Part shown: positions 33,788 through 43,518 of the stretch, in pieces
Layout: each line of letters starts with the position of its first letter
Numbering within the stretch: position 1 is the first letter of the stretch
NCBI GenBank assembly: GCA_964629195.1
Contig: CAZVPV010000004.1
Location: forward strand, 4,853-68,852
Length of the DNA stretch: 64,000 bases
Direction: 5' to 3'
From: an uncultured Candidatus Saccharibacteria bacterium
Lineage (GTDB): Bacteria > Patescibacteriota > Saccharimonadia > Saccharimonadales > Saccharimonadaceae
Notes under the pieces: model-generated
What the model saw: only the letters and a program-made list of their open reading frames with translations
Told to the model about the DNA's origin: nothing
Databases searched by the model: none
Program-made: the position numbers and the translations under genes

Positions 33788-34462
33788 TTAGTTTTTGTTG
33801 GTGGCGGTGAAGGTGACCTGGCCGGTGTAGGTACCAGCGGCTTGACCATCTTTGATCTTGGCGCCGAAAGTAACTTCAGTCTTCACACCACTGTTGACGG
33901 TCGGGGTACCTTGAGTGGCGATCACGACGTCGTTGGCAGTGATGCCGACATAGTTGCCAGCATCGAGCGAATTGATACGATAGCCCCATTCAGAGTTCGT
34001 AGCGTTTGAGAGGGCGGCGCCTTGACCAGCAACGGCTTGAGAGATATCGAACGTGCCGGTACCAGCAACGATTTGGTCAGTACCACTCATCAGGCTAGTG
34101 ACGGTAGCGTTAGTGCCGCTAGCTTTGATCGAAAGATCGTAGCCTTTGGAATTCTTAGTGGTAACTGTGACGCCGAGCGGAGTCGAAGCGTAGTCGGTAC
34201 CGTCAGTCGAGGTGAGTTCAACTTCATCTTCAGTGTTGTCGGTTTCGATGCTGAGAACATCGCTGATGACGAGTTTGAGTTTGGTGTCGGTCGTCACTTT
34301 GCCATCTGCTGGACCGCCATCATAGGTAGCGCCAGCTTCCGCACCAGTGTCTGGAGCAGGGCCGTCGATCACCTTAGCAGCTTGCGCATTGAGAGGCAAG
34401 GCAGCAACGCCAAGGCCGGCGACGATGCTGAGCGCAGCAATAGCTTTTGTAGTATTCGTCAT
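33788..34462 (-). CDS. secreted WxL-like surface protein (224 aa)
   Basis: AAAGGAG RBS. Signal peptide MTNTTKAIAALSIVAGLGVAALPLNAQA. Contains SEWGYRI and C-terminal AGTYTGQVTFTAT motifs. Confidence 0.6.
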   Translation of the reverse strand: MTNTTKAIAALSIVAGLGVAALPLNAQAAKVIDGPAPDTGAEAGATYDGGPADGKVTTDTKLKLVISDVLSIETDNTEDEVELTSTDGTDYASTPLGVTVTTKNSKGYDLSIKASGTNATVTSLMSGTDQIVAGTGTFDISQAVAGQGAALSNATNSEWGYRINSLDAGNYVGITANDVVIATQGTPTVNSGVKTEVTFGAKIKDGQAAGTYTGQVTFTATNKN

Positions 34463-34514
34463 ATAAAGATCTCCTTTGATGTTACTTTTTATCTATGACT
34501 TATATTGTAGTTTT

Positions 34515-34543
34515 ATTATATACGAGCGTGAAGGATTAAGCAA
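34515..34543 (-). promoter_or_regulatory. promoter P2 TTGCTT-17-TATAAT for the 224-aa gene
   Basis: Read directly on the - strand. Confidence 0.5.
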
Positions 34544-34617
34544 GAGCGTTTTTTTGATATAACGATAAGAGCAGCCCCCTGTTGACTTTTGAACTTAAGA
34601 AAAAGCATGAGTTGGAA

Positions 34618-34642
34618 AAATGTTGTAAAATTTACAACATTT
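34618..34642. promoter_or_regulatory. 12-bp perfect palindrome AAATGTTGTAAA-a-TTTACAACATTT (operator or AT-rich terminator/attenuator)
   Basis: Read directly. It lies 20-45 nt downstream of the P1 start site and is followed by TT on the - strand. Confidence 0.5.
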
Positions 34643-34668
34643 CAACGGATGATGGGGCATATCTTTCT

Positions 34669-34697
34669 ATTATAGCACACTTGGCCCTAGAAGTCAA
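34669..34697 (-). promoter_or_regulatory. promoter P1 TTGACT-17-TGTGcTATAAT with phased A-tracts upstream
   Basis: Read directly. T4 tracts on the + strand start at 34701 and 34721, with a TT at 34713. Confidence 0.6.
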
Positions 34698-34722
34698 TAG
34701 TTTTAGTGCAAATTGGAGGATT

Positions 34723-37716
<2,994 letters not shown>

Positions 37717-37725
37717 TGCTTGTAT

Positions 37726-37731
37726 ATTATA
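37726..37731 (-). promoter_or_regulatory. -10 box TATAAT, 9 nt upstream of the uvrA ATG (near-leaderless)
   Basis: Read directly; no SD sequence between the box and ATG. Confidence 0.5.
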
Positions 37732-37756
37732 TAGCAAAAATAGAGATTACGCAATA

Positions 37757-37774
37757 AGCCGCCCGAAGGCGGCT
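37757..37774 (-). terminator. hairpin AGCCGCC-cgaa-GGCGGCT after the 237-aa gene
   Basis: 7-bp GC stem; weak U-tract. Confidence 0.45.
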
Positions 37775-37778
37775 GAGC

Positions 37779-38492
37779 TTATTCGAAGAAAACTCGGGCT
37801 TTTTTGTGGTAGCCTGCTCGATTGCGCCATTCGCGCCACATGCGGATTTCCGAGATCTTGGTGTCGTGACCGAAGTATCGGCGTACGGCACTGGTCGCAG
37901 TTAGCGCTTCACCCGCATAATCTGTGCGCGCAGACTCTTGTAATAACAAGATCGCTCCTTCATTGAGTGCTCGATCTTCACGAGCGATGATGGTAAGCGC
38001 CTCAGCGGTAGCATAAATCAGCCCTAAACTCGCACCATAGTTCGGAACTTTGCCATCTAGGCTAACGTTCGGAGCGAAGAGCAAAGTACCGGCGTAAGTG
38101 TCTAGCACCATAACTAGCAGCTCACCGTCCTGGTAGATACCAACATTGAAAGCCTCGGTAATCCGTATGTTTTGAGGATAGAAGCGCGACTTCGGATCAT
38201 TGCTGGATAGCATTTCATCGATAGAATCGGCCGCCATCTCGTCACTGGTGCGGATGTAAGTGTTGAAAAATAGCCGCGTGTACGGCCCGCCCGCCAAATT
38301 GTAACGTATTATACGCTCAGCTTTCCGTAAAGGCGGTTTACAATCCAAAATACAGGTTCCCTTTTTCGCCGAACCCTCTCCATAATATTCGTTGAGGTAT
38401 TCGTTTTGAACAGCCAATAACGCATTTAGCTCGGCCTGTTTCAAACCTGCAGAACTCCCGGCGTTAATTTCTAAATTTTGAAATTCGATCAT
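37779..38492 (-). CDS. hypothetical protein (237 aa)
   Basis: AAAAGGAGGG RBS; no motif recognised. Confidence 0.7.
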   Translation of the reverse strand: MIEFQNLEINAGSSAGLKQAELNALLAVQNEYLNEYYGEGSAKKGTCILDCKPPLRKAERIIRYNLAGGPYTRLFFNTYIRTSDEMAADSIDEMLSSNDPKSRFYPQNIRITEAFNVGIYQDGELLVMVLDTYAGTLLFAPNVSLDGKVPNYGASLGLIYATAEALTIIAREDRALNEGAILLLQESARTDYAGEALTATSAVRRYFGHDTKISEIRMWREWRNRAGYHKKARVFFE

Positions 38493-38649
38493 AAAAATCC
38501 CTCCTTTTTGATTTTTGATCGATTCTTCGAAATAATGTTGTTAAAGTTACAGCGGACTGCTGCTTGGTCCGCAAAATCTGATAACTCCCTGTTTTTCAGG
38601 AAAAACTGGCGTTTTTCCTATCGGGGTAGAAAACAAGGGCTATACTTCC

Positions 38650-38678
38650 ATTATAGCACACATTGGTGAAAAAGTCAA
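38650..38678 (-). promoter_or_regulatory. promoter TTGACT-17-TGTGcTATAAT (about 150-nt leader to the 237-aa gene)
   Basis: Read directly. T4 tracts at 38682, 38692 and 38700 lie upstream. Confidence 0.6.
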
Positions 38679-38701
38679 TAGTTTTAGCGGATTTTGGGGT
38701 T

Positions 38702-40219
38702 TTATTCGACATCTGGGCGAAGGTTTTCGTACCAGAGCATCAGTTCTTCAGCCAGAAAACGGCACTCCTCGGGAGATTTGCCGCCGAAGGTTTCGCCCTG
38801 TTCGAGGGATTTTTTGATAGCATTCATCTCCTTGAAGAAAAACTTGGATTGCTGTTTCAGGCGGTCCTCGCGGTATTTTTGCCACTCGGCGGACTCGGTC
38901 TCGGTGAGAATCTCGGGGAAATTTTTGGCCTTGTAGTGCATAAAAAGCTCGGGCAAGCGTTCGTCCTTGAAACGAGGGCGAAAATCTTTCAGGTCCTCAG
39001 CCTCATTGTTACGCACAGCCGAGCAAAGGATGAGATCGTCCGCCGGGGTGAAAGCCGAATAGAGGTTCGACTCGGGATCGGACGTGACGGTATATTCGGG
39101 GAAATCTTGCGCTTGCATACGGGCGGGAAAATCGGGGTGATTCTGCAGGGCGGCAATATTTCGCTCGACTTGTTCGCGCGAAAGGCCGATGCGTTGCCAG
39201 CAGTCGCCGCGGTCCAGCACGCCGATGGGCGCCACGGCCGGGCAACGGTTGTACTGAAGAGTTTTGACGATGGGATAATAGTCAAAAACCTGCTCGCCCG
39301 ACTGCTTCGCTTGGTCGGCGGTTTGTTTCGCGCGGTCAGCAGCAGCCTCGGCTTGCGGAGTGCGACGCTTTTTGCGCGAGGACTTCCAGGCGTATTTTTC
39401 GTCGAACGTGCCATCTTTTTCCGCAGCCAGCATCTCGTCGAGGTTATAACGCAGGTCGAAAACCAAAACATTGCCGTTCTTCCCTTCGGCGATGGGATAG
39501 GCAACAGTGGTCTTCTCGAACTTGCTAGAGTAGCGGCCGGATGAATAAACAAAAGGAGCAGGTTCTTTCAGATTAATCAACTTCTTCACCATACGCTTTA
39601 GCCGTTGACTATAAAGGTATTGGTAGAGTTGGGGTTGTTTTTGCTTGATGAGACGCGTGACCTCGATCAGGGCGACCACGTCAGCTAGGGCGTCGTGGGC
39701 ATGTTCGTGTTCAATACCGTTGAGCTTAGTGATAAGCTCAAGACGGTTGGTGGCGCGACCATCTTCAGCGAAGGGCCACTCGATCCCTTCAGGACGCAGG
39801 GCGCGAGTCATACGCACGACATCAAGCAGATCCCAGCGACTGCGACGTTCCTTCCATTCCCATTCATAAGCGTCATAAAAATTCCGCCAGAGTGTGTTGC
39901 GGATAAATTCGTTGTCAAAGCGGATGGAGTTATAGCCAATAATCGTGGTGCCGGGAGTGGCAACCTCTTCGACCATGAAACGGCAAAAATCGCGCTCGGT
40001 GATGCCGTCTTGGCGGGTCATCTGCGGCGTAATACCAGTCACCATGATGGCGCCGGGGCTGGGCAGAGTGTCCTCAGCTAGCTGGACGAGCAGGTTGGTC
40101 GGCTCACCGATCGGGCGAAGGTTAAGGTCGGTGCGCTGACCAGCAAACTGCATAATACGATCGGTGCGCGGGTTGAGGCCCGACGTCTCCAGGTCGTAGA
40201 AGTAGAAGCTATACTGCAT
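38702..40219 (-). CDS. sbcB: exodeoxyribonuclease I
   Basis: DEDDh motifs (FYDLETSG; HDALADV), 505 aa, with an SbcB-type C-terminal domain. Confidence 0.8.
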   Translation of the reverse strand: MQYSFYFYDLETSGLNPRTDRIMQFAGQRTDLNLRPIGEPTNLLVQLAEDTLPSPGAIMVTGITPQMTRQDGITERDFCRFMVEEVATPGTTIIGYNSIRFDNEFIRNTLWRNFYDAYEWEWKERRSRWDLLDVVRMTRALRPEGIEWPFAEDGRATNRLELITKLNGIEHEHAHDALADVVALIEVTRLIKQKQPQLYQYLYSQRLKRMVKKLINLKEPAPFVYSSGRYSSKFEKTTVAYPIAEGKNGNVLVFDLRYNLDEMLAAEKDGTFDEKYAWKSSRKKRRTPQAEAAADRAKQTADQAKQSGEQVFDYYPIVKTLQYNRCPAVAPIGVLDRGDCWQRIGLSREQVERNIAALQNHPDFPARMQAQDFPEYTVTSDPESNLYSAFTPADDLILCSAVRNNEAEDLKDFRPRFKDERLPELFMHYKAKNFPEILTETESAEWQKYREDRLKQQSKFFFKEMNAIKKSLEQGETFGGKSPEECRFLAEELMLWYENLRPDVE

Positions 40220-40225
40220 GAAAGC

Positions 40226-40231
40226 ATTATA
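40226..40231 (-). promoter_or_regulatory. -10 box TGaTATAAT, 6 nt upstream of the sbcB ATG (leaderless)
   Basis: Read directly. Confidence 0.55.
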
Positions 40232-40306
40232 TCACGGCCAAAGCATTTGCATTAAATATTCTTCAGCACGGATTTGGTTAAGACTAGTAAAAAGCCACAC
40301 ATAAAG

Positions 40307-40375
40307 AAAGTCCGCCGAATGGGGCGGACTTTGCTTTCTAAAGTGCGAATTGAGCAGCCGAATGGGGCGGCTCAA
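40307..40375 (-). terminator. two tandem terminator hairpins sharing a 13-nt core GCCGAATGGGGCG
   Basis: The hairpins are at 40307-40332 and 40350-75, downstream of the membrane-protein gene. Confidence 0.6.
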
Positions 40376-40435
40376 CTGTTGGCGGGTTTTCGACGGCGGC
40401 TAGCGGCTTTCTGGTCGCCGCGACACTTAGATCGG

Positions 40436-41386
40436 CTATTTCGCGATGCGGACACCAACTTTATTCTGGTGTTCGATCAGGCGCTGCGCCTGCGAGCCAG
40501 CAGCGGCTTGAGTCTTGCGGTTCTGTCGACGCCGTAGGAGATCGGCAAACTTAATAGTTTGACCCCGGCGAGCGTTCGGACGCCGCGCATGACGGACTTT
40601 GCCACCGCGAACCGAAGCCATGGTCATCTCGACCTCGGGGCGGTTCTGGCGCAAAATCTCGTAGTGGTCCGCCGGGATAGACACTATATCTTCGACTTTG
40701 GTGCCTTCGCCGAAATAGTATTCCATGACCATCTTGGCCACTTCGGCATCATCCGTAGACGCGTTACTCAGCCGCTCCTGCCCCTCTTGCAGGCGGTCCA
40801 GGGCCACTTTGAGATCCGCTGCGGAAATCTGGGTATGGGTCTCATACATTTCCGCATGGATTCTCTCCTCACGAGCCCGTTTGATCGCAGCGCGGCGAGC
40901 CTCCTCCAGCTCATAACGCCGATGTTGCACCGCGGCCAATTTTTCCGCCGCTTCCAGACGCTTCGCGCACTTACGCAAGAAGCTCGGCCAGCTGACCTTG
41001 TACCAGAAAACTGATATCGCACCCAGCTCGAGCAGCCAGCCGAGAATGACGGAAGCCTTGCGGTCTGCCTCATACTCGATCAGGGCGGTCGTCATGAAGC
41101 CCTGATAAGTCCAGGCCAGCATCAGCCCGAGGCTGATGCACGCTATCAATAGTGATAGCGCCAGGTAGGCACTGGCCCAATTCGGGCGTTTTCTCACGTG
41201 TCCGCGGTGGACCTTGATATTGAGTGCCGCAAAAGTTTGTGCGCCTAGGGTGACGAACAGCAAATTCACCACTAGCAGCAAAGTTGCCTGCGCTGCAAGC
41301 GGCAGCATCTCCAGCACCACCGTTGTTACCATGATGGCCGCGAACGCCATCACAAAATTTTCAAAACCCTTATTAACTTTGAACAT
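40436..41386 (-). CDS. membrane protein with coiled-coil and Arg-rich C-terminus (316 aa; alternative start 41470)
   Basis: AAGGAGGGG RBS 7 nt upstream of ATG 41386; 4-5 TM helices. Confidence 0.65.
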   Translation of the reverse strand: MFKVNKGFENFVMAFAAIMVTTVVLEMLPLAAQATLLLVVNLLFVTLGAQTFAALNIKVHRGHVRKRPNWASAYLALSLLIACISLGLMLAWTYQGFMTTALIEYEADRKASVILGWLLELGAISVFWYKVSWPSFLRKCAKRLEAAEKLAAVQHRRYELEEARRAAIKRAREERIHAEMYETHTQISAADLKVALDRLQEGQERLSNASTDDAEVAKMVMEYYFGEGTKVEDIVSIPADHYEILRQNRPEVEMTMASVRGGKVRHARRPNARRGQTIKFADLLRRRQNRKTQAAAGSQAQRLIEHQNKVGVRIAK

Positions 41387-41540
41387 CTTCTTCCCCTCCT
41401 TTTTTATTATTTTTCGCGGGAAAAGCCTACCTCGGAGCCGTTTTTTGACATTTTTGATCAAATTCGGCATCTTGGGCGAATTTTCCGCAAAAGATGTTCT
41501 GTGCGATGAGATAGGCTCCTCTGCCTACCCCATTACTTCC

Positions 41541-41569
41541 ATTATAGCACACTTTGTCGAAAAAAGCAA
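41541..41569 (-). promoter_or_regulatory. promoter TTGCTT-17-TGTGcTATAAT with phased A-tracts upstream
   Basis: Read directly. T-tracts start at 41626, 41636, 41646, 41667 and 41677. Confidence 0.55.
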
Positions 41570-41730
41570 TACCAAAATCATCTCTACCCCTGTAAAAGTC
41601 TTTCCTTATGCTTGAAAAAGTAGGATTTTGGTGGGTTTTGATTGATTTTCGGCGAGAATTGAGGGATTTTAGCGGGTTTTAGCTATTTAGCGACCTCCGG
41701 ATGGTGGCTTTTGGCAGCAAACGGCAGATT

Positions 41731-42735
41731 TTAGAGATTTTGGAGGTAGGATTTGGCGGCGAGGGCGGCGCTCGCGCCGTCGGCGGCAGCGACGACGGCT
41801 TGATGGAGCGCGCCAGCGCGAACATCACCGGCCGCGAAGAGACCCGCGAGCGCCGCCCGGTTCTCGGGAGCAATGAGGTAGCCGGCGGAGTCTAGCAAAT
41901 AGCTCTCTGAAACCAGATTATTCGATGAGACTTGACCAGCCGACTGTTCCTGAGGATGATTTTGTAGCTCATGTCGTGACTCTCGCGTCATTTCAGGGTA
42001 TTGCACTTCTTGCGGCTTTTCCTGGCTCGGTGACTTTGGCGACGATGCTTGGCGAAGTTCTTGGTCAAGCTGGCGGAACATATCGGTCGCGGGGCGTTTG
42101 CCGATAAAGACGAAGACATATTCGAACTGATTGAGCAGCTCGGCGGTGGGCTCGAGTTGCTCGCGGATTTCGACGTTAGGGTAGCGTAAGAGGCGCTGCA
42201 CCAGCCAAGGATCGGCTTTGACGCGAGAATGGGTAATCAAAGTGAGGCTCTTCACTAACTCGATGAGATGCAGCGCCTCTTGGAAAGCAGAGTTGCCGCC
42301 ACCGACGACGGCGACGCGCTTCTCTCGAGCAAAGCTGCTATCGCAGAGCGCACAATAGGAGACAGACACGTCTAAGCTAAGCTCGAGAGAGCGCGGCTTG
42401 GAGCCGGTGGCGGCAATGACGGCGCGCGCGGAACGCGGCGCGCCATCGATCTGCAAGATGAAGCCCTGTTCGTGGCGGAGTACTGAAGTACATTCGCCAT
42501 ACTCAACCTTAGCACCAGCCTGGACAGCTTGACGCCGCATAGTGTCTGCCAACTCCGCGCCGGTGCCGATGAACCCAGGATAGTTTTCGATCTGAGCGAT
42601 TTGGGTCAATACGCCACCCACAGCGCCCCGCTCGAAGACTGTCGCCCTGAGTCCGGCACGGCTAGCATAGAGTGCTGCCGACAGGGCCGCCGGGCCGCCA
42701 CCAATAATTGCTAGTTCAAGTTGCTGTTCACTCAT
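41731..42735 (-). CDS. trxB: thioredoxin-disulfide reductase with ~55-aa low-complexity insertion
   Basis: GGGPAA, CALC redox pair, GGGNSA, GLFAAGDV. ATG 42735 is preceded by GGAGAGGGA; an alternative GTG start lies at 42747. Confidence 0.85.
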   Translation of the reverse strand: MSEQQLELAIIGGGPAALSAALYASRAGLRATVFERGAVGGVLTQIAQIENYPGFIGTGAELADTMRRQAVQAGAKVEYGECTSVLRHEQGFILQIDGAPRSARAVIAATGSKPRSLELSLDVSVSYCALCDSSFAREKRVAVVGGGNSAFQEALHLIELVKSLTLITHSRVKADPWLVQRLLRYPNVEIREQLEPTAELLNQFEYVFVFIGKRPATDMFRQLDQELRQASSPKSPSQEKPQEVQYPEMTRESRHELQNHPQEQSAGQVSSNNLVSESYLLDSAGYLIAPENRAALAGLFAAGDVRAGALHQAVVAAADGASAALAAKSYLQNL

Positions 42736-42806
42736 TCCCTCTCCCACGATAAATTATTTTATCCAATCATACTCAAACGTTAGCTTATGCCTGGATTATT
42801 CGGGTA

Positions 42807-43505
42807 TTAGAAACTACCGCCTTGTAAAAGTGTGCTGAGTTCGTAGTTCAAGACTTGGAGCTCGGTGTACTTCTCTTCCAGGGTGTCGTCCTGCTCGACA
42901 GCTAAGACGATATACCTCAAGGGCGAAGCATCTTCGCCTTCGCAGACTTCGCGCGTGTCGCCATAGGCCATATCGCTATTGATCGAAATCTGGCGCACAC
43001 CGCCCAGTTTCATACCAATGACGCCTTCTTTCCAGCCCGTGATGACGTTTTCGGTGTTGCGGAGCGGAATCTTGAGCGCAGTCGGGTTATCCTGATTGTC
43101 GAAGGAGGAGTCAAAGATTGTACCATCTGAACACCAGCCGATGTAATAAGCGTAATAATCATAGTCTCCTTCTTTAAGCTCACGGCCAGAGCCTGTTTTC
43201 AGGTCGGCAACATCGACACCGGCAGCTTCGGCGTTAGCACGATTATAGGCCTTGACGTTGGACTTATATTGCAGCAAAGTATCGAAATATTTCTGGGAAA
43301 GTGCGGCGGTCGCTTCATCAACTTCTTCGTTTTTACTATCATACTCCGCCTGAATCTGGGCGAGAGTTTCTTCGTCGACACGACTGTTTGAGCCCCCCAG
43401 TACGATGATAAGGTAAGTGAAAATCATCGAGCCGACCAGCAAAACTGCGATAATAATGATTGCTACCCGTTGCCAAACGCTTGTCTTTAAAGTTGATTCG
43501 TCCAT
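42807..43505 (-). CDS. membrane-anchored FKBP-type peptidyl-prolyl isomerase
   Basis: N-terminal TM helix and an FKBP core (YIGWCSDGTIFDSS...ITGWKEGVIGMKLGG). AAGGAG RBS. Confidence 0.8.
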   Translation of the reverse strand: MDESTLKTSVWQRVAIIIIAVLLVGSMIFTYLIIVLGGSNSRVDEETLAQIQAEYDSKNEEVDEATAALSQKYFDTLLQYKSNVKAYNRANAEAAGVDVADLKTGSGRELKEGDYDYYAYYIGWCSDGTIFDSSFDNQDNPTALKIPLRNTENVITGWKEGVIGMKLGGVRQISINSDMAYGDTREVCEGEDASPLRYIVLAVEQDDTLEEKYTELQVLNYELSTLLQGGSF

Positions 43506-43518
43506 GTCGTCTCCTTGT

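Noticed and set aside
38663-40139. + strand ORFs (293, 128, 74, 64 aa) antisense to sbcB
   Set aside because: These are shadow ORFs opposite a well-supported sbcB, with no RBS or promoter.
40307-40375. Two hairpins sharing a 13-nt core (GCCGAATGGGGCG) as a possible REP/MITE-like repeat
   Set aside because: Only two adjacent copies exist, directly downstream of a gene end, and the distal one is followed by a T-rich tract. I interpret them as tandem terminators.
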